Positions 28,356 through 38,967 of a stretch of DNA of 46,862 nucleotides are shown here, one piece after another. Position 1 is the first letter of the stretch. Every line of letters starts with the position of its first letter. The notes below the pieces were generated by a model. It had not been told where the DNA came from, made no database searches, and was given only the letters and a program-made list of their open reading frames with translations. The position numbers and the translations under genes are program-made. The DNA comes from Puniceicoccaceae bacterium. Lineage in GTDB: Bacteria > Verrucomicrobiota > Verrucomicrobiia > Opitutales > Coraliomargaritaceae. The stretch is taken from the NCBI GenBank assembly GCA_007692545.1, contig REBV01000158.1:1-46862 (forward strand), given 5' to 3'.

Positions 28356-29617
28356 AGACACTCGCCCGCGATTGGATTGATGGGATTTCGGGCCGGGCAT
28401 TTCGTGTGAAATTCGACACGGCGTTGTCCCGGCTAGGGGCCGTGCCAGTGGCAGATCGTGGGCGCGGGGCTTTGCTTTGCGAGCGGGATCCAGTTGAATT
28501 TGCCGCCGTTTTCTTTGCGGCGGCATCGCTGCGTTTTCCGATTACTCTGGCCAACCCAAAGTGGGGTGAGCGTGAGTGGGGCGAGTTTGCTCGCTTGCTT
28601 GCGCCAGCGGTCACCTTTGGGCAGGCTGGGGAGGGCCCAAACGCTTTTCGCTCTGCGAGCTCGCAGGCTAAAGCCCTGTCGGATTTGGAGGCGGGGACAA
28701 TTCTGATTCCAACCGGGGGCAGCAGCGGAGGCGTTAAATTGGCCATTCACAGTTGGGCATCCTTGTCGGCTGCTTGCGAAGGGGTGCAGGCCTTCCTCGG
28801 TGGCGGCCCCATTGATAGCTGCTGTGTGCTACCGTTATATCATGTGAGCGGGCTGATGCAGTTGCTCCGCGCGTATTATACAGGCGGGCGAATCCGATTT
28901 GATGAGGACGCGGTCGCTGGCAGATGTTTGTCTTATGTGCCGACACAATTGCAGCGTGCGTTGAGAGATCCGCAGCGCGTCCGCGAGCTCTCGACCGCGC
29001 GGGCAATCTTTGTCGGTGGAGCGGCTCTAGCCGAGGGCGTCGCGGACAGGGCCCGTGAACTTAAATTACCGGTTATACCCGTGTATGGCATGACGGAGAC
29101 GGCGGCAATGGTGGCAGCCATCCCAAGAGATGATTTTCTAGCGGATCCGAAAGCGGGAGCGGTTGTTTTCGGCAAGACTCGGGTTGAGATCGAAGCCGAC
29201 GGACGGATTCGCATCCAAAGCCCGGCTCTATTCAAGGGCTATCAAGGGCACGATCCGCTGGACTTGAGTCGGGGCTACCTGACGGATGACGAAGGTTATC
29301 TCGACCAGGCGGGTCGGCTCCACGTGCTCGGGAGGGTGGATAGGCTGATCAACAGCGGTGGTGAGAAAATAGATCCCCGCGAAGTGGAGGCAGCCATTTG
29401 CCAAATAGACGGCGTGGATGAGGCGCTAGCGGTGGGCGTGCCTGATAGCGAGTGGGGGCAAAAGTTGGTGGTTTATTATACAGGGCACCAATTGAGCAGC
29501 TGGAAATCGGCGCTCAAAGAGCATGTGGCCTCTTATAAAATCCCCAAGGAAATGCACTGGGTGGAGGTGCTTCCGCTGGATGAAAAGGGTAAGCGGGTGA
29601 AAGAATCTACTCCCTAA
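28340..29617 (+). CDS. menE: o-succinylbenzoate--CoA ligase
   Basis: AMP-binding motifs PTGGSSG..K, LPLYHVSG, SYVPTQL, YGMTET, GRVDRLINSGGEKI.P.EVE, YKIPK. Confidence 0.85.
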   Translation: MEFDLETLARDWIDGISGRAFRVKFDTALSRLGAVPVADRGRGALLCERDPVEFAAVFFAAASLRFPITLANPKWGEREWGEFARLLAPAVTFGQAGEGPNAFRSASSQAKALSDLEAGTILIPTGGSSGGVKLAIHSWASLSAACEGVQAFLGGGPIDSCCVLPLYHVSGLMQLLRAYYTGGRIRFDEDAVAGRCLSYVPTQLQRALRDPQRVRELSTARAIFVGGAALAEGVADRARELKLPVIPVYGMTETAAMVAAIPRDDFLADPKAGAVVFGKTRVEIEADGRIRIQSPALFKGYQGHDPLDLSRGYLTDDEGYLDQAGRLHVLGRVDRLINSGGEKIDPREVEAAICQIDGVDEALAVGVPDSEWGQKLVVYYTGHQLSSWKSALKEHVASYKIPKEMHWVEVLPLDEKGKRVKESTP

Positions 29618-32399
29618 CAATCAGATCCAGCTCTTCACGGAGTTTGAGTAGTGCGGTCGTATCGGTGGCATTATCGCTTTTTACATTTTTGATATAAAAA
29701 GTGTCCATAGCGACGCCCCGTTCGGTTGCGATTCTGGCAAAGCCGATATCGAAGCCCCGTTTGGTGATGAGTCTGGAAATCTGGTAGAGCAGGCCGATCC
29801 GGTCATTGGCCTGGACCTCGATAATTGTCTGCTTGAGTGAGAGCTCGTGATAGACGTCGACGCTGGGCGGGAAAGGAGCCGGGAGCATGTCCTTGGCTTT
29901 CTTGCGGGACTGGGTGATCTTGGCCTCCAGTTCGTTGATTTCGGGCAGGAGTTCTTTATCCTCGATCAGTGCCTGGTCGAGGCGGGACTGGAAAATGTCA
30001 CGGGCATTCTTACTGGAAACGACACCGCCATCGGGATCGATGACATAGAAAGTATCGATCGTAATGTGGTCTTTGCGGGAGATGGCCTTCGTGCTAACGA
30101 TGTTGACGCCAGCCAGAGTCAGGGCGCCCGCCAGTTTATAAAAGAGGCCCGCACGGTCCCAGGTGACGACGTTGACCACCGTCATATTCAGGTCGACATC
30201 GTTGTGCCAATTCACGATGGGGGCAAGCGTGGCCATCGAATCAGCCCCCTGGATTTGAGTCAGCAGTTGATTGACCATGCGCAGATGTAGCTCGATATCA
30301 GCGCGTTCGGTATTGATAAAGTAGCGCTCGGGAAGGAGATTGAAGTGTGCCTCGATCTCTTCGCTGGGGATACCTTCAATTTCTCGATCGACTATTTCTT
30401 GGTGCAACATGCTGATGTGTTCCTTTCGCTTTTGTTTGATGATGGCGTCGTCTTCAAACTGCTCAAAAGTCCGGAGGTAGAGTGTGCGGTGCATAGCGTC
30501 TTTATAGCTATTCCAAAGGGTAGGGGCAGTTCCGCGGGCATCGCAATAAGTGTGTACGTAAAGAAATCTGAGTTTTTGCGGGTCTTCAATGAATTTTGCA
30601 AAGGAGGCCGCCGTTTGAGGATCGTCTAAATCAAACCGTTGCCAGAATCGTGCCATTTCCAGATGGCTCCGTATAATAAACAAAATTTGTTCTTGTTGCT
30701 CTTGGCCGATCCCGAACCGGGTGAGCACGGGTTGGGCGATGCGGACCCCATTTATATCGTGTTCTTTAACGCCCTCGGCCTTGCCGATATCGTGGAGCAG
30801 CAGAATGAGGTAAAGGAGGAGGGGGTCGTCATTTTTGCGGAGCTCCTTCTCATAGCGGGCATACTCCTCGTCGTGTTTGGTAAAGACCCGGTCGAGGTGG
30901 CGGATCGTTCGGAGTACGTGAGCATCTGCCGTGTAGCGGTGGTAGTATTCATGCTGCACCATGCAGGTGAGCTCACCGAATTCAGGCAGGTAGCGCCCCA
31001 ATACGCCGAGTTCATGCATCTGTAGCAGGATGGGGTAGACCTCGCCGGGGCTGCGCAGGATGGCACAAAAGCTCTTGGCCGCCGAGTTGCTGTTTATGAT
31101 GGTGTGGTCAATCAGCAGGATCGAGCGTGAAATGAGGTAGCGCAGGTCGGAGTCGATGCGAGCACCAAACTGTTGGGCGAGCCGGAAGATACGGATGAGT
31201 CTGAGGGGATCTTCTTTAAAAACGTCGGGCTTATCGACCGAGAGAACTTTTTGGTAGAGTTGAAAGCCATCGATGCGCTTGATGGGCAGGTGTTGGTACG
31301 CGCGAAAAGCCTCACGAAAGGAGATGCGCCCACTGCTGCCGGAGGTGGCCTCAATGGCCATGCGCTCTTTGAGCATTTCGCTGGTTCGATAAATCGTGCG
31401 GGCAGCTGTGTAATAGTCCTTCATGAACGCCTCCACCCGGGCAAAGATGTCTTTATGGGTGTAGTTCAGGAACTGGGCGATGACCGGCTGTTGTTCCAGG
31501 TTGAGCGTGTCGGTGGGGCGGCGGTTCTGTAGGTGCAGCTCCGTCCGGGTGCGCAGGAGAAAGTCGTAGGCATGGACCATATCGCTCCGTTCATCATCGC
31601 GCAAGAGCTTCGCTTTGACTAGATCGCGGAAGGAATGGTAGCCGTATTTGATATAGGCCATCCAAAGGATGTTCTGGTAGTCGCGCAGGCCGCCGACCCC
31701 GTTTTTGATGTCTGGTTCCTGGATATAGATGGTGTTACCGGACTTGGCGTGGCGTGCCTGCTCATCTTCAAGGCGTTGCTGAATGTAGGCCTTCGAATTC
31801 TCCTTTTTGCAGAAATCACCGAACTGGTTGCGCATACTCTTATAGAGCGGTTCGGAGCCGCAGATAATGCGGGACTCCAGTAAGGCATTCTTGGATTGTA
31901 CTTCTTTTCTACATTCTTCGATCACCTCTTTGGTGTTGCGGGAAGCATGGCCGACCTTGAGGCCCAGATCCCAGAGCGGGTAGAGGATTTCCTCGGCCAG
32001 CAGTTCCTGGAATTTAAGGAACTCCTTGCCGCCTGCTTTTTGCGGGTAAAGGAACATGATGTCGATATCGCTGTGCGGGTTGAGCTCGCGCCGCCCGTAG
32101 CCGCCCGTGGCCAGAATCGCCATTTTGCATGGAAGTGGCCCATGTTTGGTGGCGTAGAGGTCGAGTGCTGCCAGAAACAGGTTTTCAATAATGACGTCGA
32201 TCATCGCTGCCCGGGCTTGGCAGACTTTGCGGCCGGAATCGCCCTTCCGGTGCATACGTTCCAGCATAACACCCTCAAGCTCCATGTAACGCTTGTAGGC
32301 GGGCAATTGCTGATTGCGGGAGACACCGGGATCAAAAACCAAGCGCTTTTGAGCGTGTTGGTGAAGGCGGCGGAAGAGCGGATTATCTTGAATGGGCAT
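29607..32399 (-). CDS. glnD: [Protein-PII] uridylyltransferase/uridylyl-removing enzyme
   Basis: ATGGYGR.EL.PHSDID, EPDIKNGVGGLRD, HD motif (LLHDIGK), two ACT domains (DRAGLF, DRIGLL). Start estimated at MPIQDN; a TTG start at 32489 is possible. Confidence 0.95.
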   Translation of the reverse strand: MPIQDNPLFRRLHQHAQKRLVFDPGVSRNQQLPAYKRYMELEGVMLERMHRKGDSGRKVCQARAAMIDVIIENLFLAALDLYATKHGPLPCKMAILATGGYGRRELNPHSDIDIMFLYPQKAGGKEFLKFQELLAEEILYPLWDLGLKVGHASRNTKEVIEECRKEVQSKNALLESRIICGSEPLYKSMRNQFGDFCKKENSKAYIQQRLEDEQARHAKSGNTIYIQEPDIKNGVGGLRDYQNILWMAYIKYGYHSFRDLVKAKLLRDDERSDMVHAYDFLLRTRTELHLQNRRPTDTLNLEQQPVIAQFLNYTHKDIFARVEAFMKDYYTAARTIYRTSEMLKERMAIEATSGSSGRISFREAFRAYQHLPIKRIDGFQLYQKVLSVDKPDVFKEDPLRLIRIFRLAQQFGARIDSDLRYLISRSILLIDHTIINSNSAAKSFCAILRSPGEVYPILLQMHELGVLGRYLPEFGELTCMVQHEYYHRYTADAHVLRTIRHLDRVFTKHDEEYARYEKELRKNDDPLLLYLILLLHDIGKAEGVKEHDINGVRIAQPVLTRFGIGQEQQEQILFIIRSHLEMARFWQRFDLDDPQTAASFAKFIEDPQKLRFLYVHTYCDARGTAPTLWNSYKDAMHRTLYLRTFEQFEDDAIIKQKRKEHISMLHQEIVDREIEGIPSEEIEAHFNLLPERYFINTERADIELHLRMVNQLLTQIQGADSMATLAPIVNWHNDVDLNMTVVNVVTWDRAGLFYKLAGALTLAGVNIVSTKAISRKDHITIDTFYVIDPDGGVVSSKNARDIFQSRLDQALIEDKELLPEINELEAKITQSRKKAKDMLPAPFPPSVDVYHELSLKQTIIEVQANDRIGLLYQISRLITKRGFDIGFARIATERGVAMDTFYIKNVKSDNATDTTALLKLREELDLIVRE

Positions 32400-32576
32400 A
32401 TGCCGAATGGCGTTAAATAGTCTCCTAAGAACCTTCTTTTTCTGGCTTGGGTCAAGCGAGTTTACAAAGCGCTGGAAGGGGTGATTCAAAAAGTTCGCTT
32501 TCTCTTTTGACGCTGCACTAATTAGCTCTCAGACTGCTCGTTCTCAATAAATCAAAAAACACCAACAAAAATCATT

Positions 32577-33095
32577 ATGCAAATTGCAGAAGGAACAGTT
32601 GTCGCCATGGACTATGCGCTCAAGGACGACGAAGGAAAACTCATCGACGAATCTCAGCCGGGTCAGCCATTGGCTTATTTACACGGGCATAAAAACATCA
32701 TTCCCGGGCTCGAAGCTGCGCTGGAGGGGAAGACCGTTGGAGACACCGTCGAAGTACGTGTGGCTCCTGAAGATGGCTACGGTGCGCCCAATCCTGCGCT
32801 GGAGCAGGTGGTGCCCCGGGAGCGTTTTCAGGGCGTTGAATCACTCGAAGTCGGGATGCAGTTCCAGGCCAGCACTGACCAGGGGCCCATCTCGGTCCGT
32901 GTGGTGAAGGTCGAAGATGAGGCGGTCACTGTCGACGGGAATCACCCGCTGGCAGGTAAGCACCTGAACTTTAACGTCACCGTGCAGGAAGTGCGTGCCG
33001 CGACCGAAGAAGAGATTGCCCACGGCCACATCCACCAGGGAGGCGGTTGCTGCGGAGGCGGCGAGGGTAAGGATAAAGGCGACTGCGGCTGTTAA
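32577..33095 (+). CDS. slyD: FKBP-type PPIase SlyD
   Basis: YLHGHKNIIPGLE, VDGNHPLAGK.L.F.V, REAT.EEIAHGH-like segment, His/Cys-rich tail. Confidence 0.95.
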   Translation: MQIAEGTVVAMDYALKDDEGKLIDESQPGQPLAYLHGHKNIIPGLEAALEGKTVGDTVEVRVAPEDGYGAPNPALEQVVPRERFQGVESLEVGMQFQASTDQGPISVRVVKVEDEAVTVDGNHPLAGKHLNFNVTVQEVRAATEEEIAHGHIHQGGGCCGGGEGKDKGDCGC

Positions 33096-33227
33096 ATTTA
33101 ATAGTGAATACCGGGCCAGCCGTGTCCCCGATGGTTGCTATCGGGGTGCAGTTGGCTCTGTCGTGAGTAGCGATGCTCAATCAAGCCTTGTTATTCGGCG
33201 GAGCCGAACTAAATGTGTTCAGATCGT

Positions 33228-35801
33228 ATGGCCCGTAAAGAAAAGAACAAAGTCCCTAAGCAGGCGGTGGTTTCCCAGCCCCGCATTGTTCGTTCGCGCC
33301 CAGTTTTGGGGATGTTGGTGTTCACGCTCGCAGCTCTCGTGGGCGTGTCGGTCTATGACTATAATATAGAGCAGTATAACGCGACCGACCCGGACGAATC
33401 CAATTTGGTGGGTTACTTCGGTAGCTATGTTGGGTTCTACGGTTTCCATTTTCTTGGGGTCGCCGTTTTTTTGGTGCCGCTGTTTCTGGTTTGGCTTGGG
33501 TTGCGCCTGATTCTCCAGCAAGAGCGTGGTAAGCGTGTATTGACTGCGGTGGTCTCGCCCCTGGCGGTTTTCTGCGCCTCTGGCCTGGTTGCGATGGTGC
33601 GTCCGAGTGCCAGTGTTACTGACAGTCTTTTCGAGCGGCAGCTTTCCAATGGGTTCGGAGGTGTCATCGGCGAGTGGATCGGACCTGTCTTCCTTGCGCC
33701 CTACATTGGTCCCTTTGGTACCTTTCTCATCCTACTGATGGGTCTCTTGGTCGGCTCCATTTTGGTTTTTACTGATAACTTGGGTCGTTTTTTTGAGTAT
33801 TTGCAGGCGAGCTTCCAGAGTTTTCTGGCTAGCCGGGCCGAATCCAGAGAGCAGCGAAAGGCGCATAAGGCTGAAATGGCTGAAGCCAAACGCGCGGCCA
33901 AAGCTGAGGCCGCACGGGCCAAAGCAGCCGCCCGGGCCGAAGCCAAGGCCGAACGGGCCGACCGTAAAACCAAGAAAAAAAGTAAGCCGGAGCCGACCAG
34001 CGACGATGCCAGCACTGCCGAGGATGACGACTGGCAGCCCGACGATGGGCGGCGGCCCTCGCTTCTCAGCGGTATTGGTAATGCGCCTCGGACGCCTGCT
34101 AAAAACAAGGCCGCCCCAATAATTCCCAAGAAAGTTCTCCCCAAGCCACCGGAGGTGGAGGCTGCGCCAGAGCCGGAGAAAAAGAAACCCGCACTCGACC
34201 CGGGCACGATACGAATTATTTCAGGAGAAAAAACAGAGAAGTCCGTCGCACAGGCTCCTGAGCGCCGGGGTGATTACGTCTTCCCGCCCCGCAGCATACT
34301 GCAGGAAGCGCCCAATACCAGCGATGTCCCTGCGGAAGATCACGCTGGCACCATGAGCGCGCTGGTGCGGACGCTCGAAGAATTCGGGGTCAAGGTCATA
34401 CCGGGTGAAATTCACACTGGACCAGTGATTACCCGTTACGAGGTGACGCCAGCAGCGGGCGTGCGTGTGGAGAAAATCGTGAATTTGGATAAGAATATCG
34501 CGCTCGGGCTGAAAGCCATGTCGGTGCGGATCCTGGCACCAGTCCCGGGGAAGGGCACGGTCGGCATCGAGGTGCCGAATAAGATTTCGCAGGCTGTTTG
34601 CATGCGTGACATTATTGAGTCCAAAGCTTGGGCCGATGCCAACGCGGAGATACCCATCGTTTTGGGGCAGGACGTCACCGGCAAGCCCATGGTGCTGGAT
34701 CTGACCAAGATGCCGCACGTTCTCATCGCCGGTTCTACGGGTTCCGGTAAGACGGTCTGTATCAATGCCATCATCGCCTCACTCCTCTACCACTCGGGAC
34801 CTGAAGATCTCCGCTTTATCATGGTCGATCCCAAAGTGGTGGAGATGCAGATGTATAACGCATTGCCCCACATGTTGATACCCGTGGTGACTGAGGCTAA
34901 AAAAGTGCCCGGTGCGCTTAAATGGCTGATCGCGGAGATGGAGCATCGCTATCAGATATTTGCGAAAACCAACGTTCGCAATATTGCCGGGTTTAATGCC
35001 AAACTGCTGAAAGATAAAGAAGAGCAGGCCAAGGCTGAAGCCATGGACTCTGAAATGAGCCCGGAAGAGCGGCACGCGCTCAGTACCATGGAGGTGCCCC
35101 GTGATGACGATGTCTTTGAAATTCCGCGCAAGAAGTTGCCCTATATTGTCTGCGTGATCGATGAATTGGCCGACCTGATGATGGTGGCTCCGGCCGATAT
35201 CGAGACCTGTATTGCCCGGATCGCTCAACTTGCCCGCGCGGCTGGCATCCACCTGATTCTCGCCACTCAGCGACCCTCCGTGAATGTAATCACTGGCGTG
35301 ATTAAGGCCAACTTGCCCAGCCGGATATCCTTCAAGGTCGCTTCCAAAATCGACAGCCGCACCATTCTCGACGGCGGCGGGGCTGAAGCCCTCATTGGCA
35401 AGGGCGATATGCTCTTCATACCTCCAGGCACTTCAAATCTGGTGCGGGCACAGGGAGCCTTCGTATCCGACGACGAGATTGAAGCGATCGTCGAGTTTCT
35501 GAAAGAGAATAACGACCCGCCGGACATTGCCCAAGACGTGCAGAAGCAAATCGACGCGGGCGGTGACGGCTCGGATGACGGTGACGACGGCGGCCCCACC
35601 GACGGTGACGAGCTCTTGCCCGAAGCGATCGATGTCTTACGCTCGACCAAGCGCGCCTCCACCTCGATGCTCCAGCGTCGGCTCCGCATTGGCTACAACC
35701 GCGCGGCGCGCCTGATGGAAGAGCTGGAAGAGCGCGGTATCGTCGGCCCCGAAAACGGATCCAGCCCGCGCGAGATCATGGTTGATCTGGACGCGATGTA
35801 G
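33228..35801 (+). CDS. ftsK: DNA translocase FtsK
   Basis: N-terminal TM segments, GPVITRYE, PHVLIAGSTGSGKT, DELADLMM, ATQRPSV, gamma domain SMLQRRLRIGYNRAARL. Confidence 0.96.
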   Translation: MARKEKNKVPKQAVVSQPRIVRSRPVLGMLVFTLAALVGVSVYDYNIEQYNATDPDESNLVGYFGSYVGFYGFHFLGVAVFLVPLFLVWLGLRLILQQERGKRVLTAVVSPLAVFCASGLVAMVRPSASVTDSLFERQLSNGFGGVIGEWIGPVFLAPYIGPFGTFLILLMGLLVGSILVFTDNLGRFFEYLQASFQSFLASRAESREQRKAHKAEMAEAKRAAKAEAARAKAAARAEAKAERADRKTKKKSKPEPTSDDASTAEDDDWQPDDGRRPSLLSGIGNAPRTPAKNKAAPIIPKKVLPKPPEVEAAPEPEKKKPALDPGTIRIISGEKTEKSVAQAPERRGDYVFPPRSILQEAPNTSDVPAEDHAGTMSALVRTLEEFGVKVIPGEIHTGPVITRYEVTPAAGVRVEKIVNLDKNIALGLKAMSVRILAPVPGKGTVGIEVPNKISQAVCMRDIIESKAWADANAEIPIVLGQDVTGKPMVLDLTKMPHVLIAGSTGSGKTVCINAIIASLLYHSGPEDLRFIMVDPKVVEMQMYNALPHMLIPVVTEAKKVPGALKWLIAEMEHRYQIFAKTNVRNIAGFNAKLLKDKEEQAKAEAMDSEMSPEERHALSTMEVPRDDDVFEIPRKKLPYIVCVIDELADLMMVAPADIETCIARIAQLARAAGIHLILATQRPSVNVITGVIKANLPSRISFKVASKIDSRTILDGGGAEALIGKGDMLFIPPGTSNLVRAQGAFVSDDEIEAIVEFLKENNDPPDIAQDVQKQIDAGGDGSDDGDDGGPTDGDELLPEAIDVLRSTKRASTSMLQRRLRIGYNRAARLMEELEERGIVGPENGSSPREIMVDLDAM

Positions 35802-35859
35802 TCGGATTTGGAACCCTCGGCTAAGCTGCCCCCGATGTTTGGAGGGCTTTCTGTTCGTT

Positions 35860-36549
35860 CTAGGGTTGCACAAAGGTATGGACGCGGGCCTCTGCTTTGC
35901 GGCCATCCGGGCCAATGCCCCGGACAGTGACCGTGCCCCGGTAAGTTTCTTCGTAGTTTTTCGGCTCGATGACGAGGACCCGGGCGATCTTGCCCGTCGG
36001 GTCGCCTGCTTCCTGTGTCACGGTCAGGCGCTTGCGGTCATAGTCGACTGCTACGATTTCATCGATGTAGCGCTTATCCAAGGTCAGGTTGATTTTACGG
36101 GAAGATCTTGAGCTTTGGCGATTCCAGTAGACGATTTGCGGCATCGCCTCGATAAGGGTTGGTATTTGCACGTTCATCTGGAGCGTCGCCACAGGTTGGG
36201 GCTCGCTATCGAGGAAGACTTCGAGGCGGTTGCGGTTGAGGCCCTGACGCTTGCCCTTATTGAAAACGCCGATGATTTCGGTGGATGCGCCGGGCTCGAT
36301 GATTTTGCGGTCGACGACTGAGCCCGTGCAGCCGCAGCTCGTTTGGATACGTGCAACACGCACGGCCTGATCGCCCTTATTGGTTACCGTAAAGCTTGCT
36401 CGCACCTCCTCCTGATCCGGCTCCATCTCGATTTCGACTATGGTCGTATCCCAGGATAACTCGGAGGCACTGAAGAGGGTAGAGCTCATCAAAAAGAGGA
36501 GGCAGAAGATTTTGCTTAAAGCGGGCATAGTTGTATGTGGGTGAAGCAC
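35860..36549 (-). CDS. DUF1573-domain secreted protein
   Basis: Signal peptide and F..TN.G......I.TSCGCT motif. True start may be MPALSK. Confidence 0.8.
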   Translation of the reverse strand: MLHPHTTMPALSKIFCLLFLMSSTLFSASELSWDTTIVEIEMEPDQEEVRASFTVTNKGDQAVRVARIQTSCGCTGSVVDRKIIEPGASTEIIGVFNKGKRQGLNRNRLEVFLDSEPQPVATLQMNVQIPTLIEAMPQIVYWNRQSSRSSRKINLTLDKRYIDEIVAVDYDRKRLTVTQEAGDPTGKIARVLVIEPKNYEETYRGTVTVRGIGPDGRKAEARVHTFVQP

Positions 36550-36557
36550 GGTGAGAA

Positions 36558-37025
36558 TTAAGGCGATTCGTCAATGGGTATAGTTCCGCTTGCTGCGGAC
36601 AGGTTCCGGATATCACGGTATAAAACGGAGATGGTTGCCAGTAAAAGCCCTGAATTGCGGACCAGCAGCCAGATATAATTGGGTGGTTCGGTCGATGCTT
36701 CTGTTGTGAAGCAGCCGCAATTTATGTCGAGTCCGCGCATCCAGGCACTGATGTGAAGCCCCATAAAAACCAGCAGCAAGCTCGAGATCAGAACGCCGCT
36801 GCCCAAGCGGATTTGCGGAATGAGCAGTCCGAACCCAATGACGAGCTCCAACCAGGGAAGAAAGACGGCCACCCAGAGGGTCAACTCTCCGCTCACCACC
36901 CGAAATCCATCCACCGAAGCGGCAAAGGCGACCGGATCCTGTATCTTAGGCAGGGCAGCCAGTATGAACGCGGCAGCGACCACGAGCCGAGCTATGAGAA
37001 TCAGGTAGGCTCCTTTATGGTTCAT
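36558..37025 (-). CDS. MauE/DoxX family redox-associated membrane protein
   Basis: RLVVAAAFILAALPK..DP..F, LPWLEL..G, GLDINCGCF, LVRN. ATGA overlap with the upstream gene. Confidence 0.85.
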   Translation of the reverse strand: MNHKGAYLILIARLVVAAAFILAALPKIQDPVAFAASVDGFRVVSGELTLWVAVFLPWLELVIGFGLLIPQIRLGSGVLISSLLLVFMGLHISAWMRGLDINCGCFTTEASTEPPNYIWLLVRNSGLLLATISVLYRDIRNLSAASGTIPIDESP

Positions 37026-37450
37026 TGCCATGCGTCCCAACCTCCTTTCAGGCTATAGATCTCGGCCTCGGGAAGGGCTTCCCGCAGGCGATCAGCGACG
37101 CGTTGGCTGGTGTCACAGCTCTCGCTGCCACAGTAGACGACGATCGCCCTCGGCTCCGTCAACCAGTGGTCCATGAGCTCTAGCAAGCCCGTATCCCAGT
37201 CACCCTCGTCGATAAATAGGGCTCCCGGTGCGTGCGCTTGCTCGAATGCCTCCAGCGAGCGTGCATCGATCCAGATGACATCGAGTGCCTGTGCATCGGC
37301 CAAGCGAATTTCACCAGGGGCCAGTGGCGCTTTAGCCCAAGGCAAGGGAGCCGTCCCGCTGACCAGAGAGTAAGCGGCACCAGTCAAGCTGAGAGCCAGA
37401 ATGACGAGGCACTGTCGCACAATTGTAGATCCTATGTTGAGGCTTCCCAT
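37022..37450 (-). CDS. Membrane-anchored rhodanese-like domain protein
   Basis: IDARS..F..AHAPGA, IVVYCGSESC, LKGGWDAW; N-terminal TM segment. Confidence 0.85.
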   Translation of the reverse strand: MGSLNIGSTIVRQCLVILALSLTGAAYSLVSGTAPLPWAKAPLAPGEIRLADAQALDVIWIDARSLEAFEQAHAPGALFIDEGDWDTGLLELMDHWLTEPRAIVVYCGSESCDTSQRVADRLREALPEAEIYSLKGGWDAWQ

Positions 37451-37453
37451 GAG

Positions 37454-38827
37454 CTACACCATCTTCTTGGGATCGAGTGCTTTGTCGAGCGCTTTGGCAG
37501 GCAGGAGCTTTTCCTCCAGGACGATTTCACGCAAAGTGCGCCCCTCGGCAAAGGCCCGCTTAGCCACGTGCGCGGCCTTGTCGTAGCCGATGTGGGGATT
37601 GAGTGCGGTGACGAGCATTAATGACTCTTTAAGGTATTTTTCAATCTGCGCTTCATGGACTTCCAGTCCATCGATGCAACGCTCAGCAAAGAGGGAGGCG
37701 CCGTTGGCCAAAACGCGGATCGACTCGTGCAAGGCATAAGCGATGAGCGGAATCGTCACGTTGAGCTCAAAGTGTCCGTCGCGGCCGCAGTTGGCCACGG
37801 TCTGACACTGTCCGTTCGCATAGAGACAGGCCTGTACCAGCATCTCGCTCATCACCGGGTTGACTTTGCCCGGCATGATCGATGATCCGGGCTGAGTGGC
37901 GGGTAGTTGTAGTTCGCCCAGACCGCAGCGCGGGCCTGAGCCGAGCAGGCGAATGTCATTGGCCAGTTTGGTCAGGCTGGCGCTGATGGCCTGGAGCAGA
38001 CCGGCCACCTCGACACAATCGTCGCGTGCCGCTTGGGCCTCAAAATGGTTGTCGGCCTCACGGAACTTCAGGCCAGTCGCCTCATTTAGAGACTCCACCA
38101 CCAAAGAGGCGAATTCAGGATGTCCGTTGATGCCAGTGCCCACTGCGGTGCCACCGATGGCGAGCTCTTGCAGGCAAGCGATGGCCCGGTCCACCCGTTT
38201 ATGGGCTTTTTTGATCTGCGCCGCATACCCCGAAAAAACCTGCCCCAAGCGAATCGGTGTGGCATCCATCATATGGGTGCGACCGATCTTAACGATGCCG
38301 CGAAAGGCCTGTTCCTCTTTATTGAGGGATTTCTCCAGCAATTTCAGGGCTGGCTTGAGTGTGTCGCGCAACTCCAGCGCCACACTCACGTGCAGAACGG
38401 TCGGCATCGTATCGTTCGAGGACTGGCCAAGATTACAGTGATCGTTCGGGTGGACGGGGATGCGGGAGCCGATCGGTTGCCCTGCCAATTGGCTACACCG
38501 GTTGGCGATCACCTCATTGACATTCATATTTGTTGAAGTCGCCGAGCCCGTCTGAAAGACATCGACTGGAAAGTGATCTGCATGCTGCCCCTCATAGACC
38601 TCTAGCGCCACCTTTTCGATAATCTCCGCAGTGTCTTTATCCAAGCGTTTCAGCTTCAGATTAGCCCGGGCGCAGGCCATTTTGAGTAGGCCACAGCAGC
38701 GGATAAAACTCGGCGGCATTCGGTGCCCGCTGACCAGGAAATTTAAGACCGCGCGCTGCGTGGAGGCACCGAAGAGCGCATCATCCGGCACTTCCATCGT
38801 GCCCATGGAGTCTGTTTCTTTTCGCAT
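37454..38827 (-). CDS. fumC: Class II fumarate hydratase
   Basis: MRKETDSMG, QTGSATSTNMN.NEV, HPNDH.N.GQSSND, KIGRTH.MDATP, signature GSSIMPGKVNP. Confidence 0.95.
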   Translation of the reverse strand: MRKETDSMGTMEVPDDALFGASTQRAVLNFLVSGHRMPPSFIRCCGLLKMACARANLKLKRLDKDTAEIIEKVALEVYEGQHADHFPVDVFQTGSATSTNMNVNEVIANRCSQLAGQPIGSRIPVHPNDHCNLGQSSNDTMPTVLHVSVALELRDTLKPALKLLEKSLNKEEQAFRGIVKIGRTHMMDATPIRLGQVFSGYAAQIKKAHKRVDRAIACLQELAIGGTAVGTGINGHPEFASLVVESLNEATGLKFREADNHFEAQAARDDCVEVAGLLQAISASLTKLANDIRLLGSGPRCGLGELQLPATQPGSSIMPGKVNPVMSEMLVQACLYANGQCQTVANCGRDGHFELNVTIPLIAYALHESIRVLANGASLFAERCIDGLEVHEAQIEKYLKESLMLVTALNPHIGYDKAAHVAKRAFAEGRTLREIVLEEKLLPAKALDKALDPKKMV

Positions 38828-38967
38828 GGGCCATAACATAACGCAGGATTTCGAATTATCCAGAGAGTACTTGCCTTTGATCGTAATCAATAAATAGCCT
38901 GCGTAATTATTGACAAGTGATTGGTTTCAGCTTCTCAAGCGGACTGGAATGGGCTTGTCTGTTGCCT

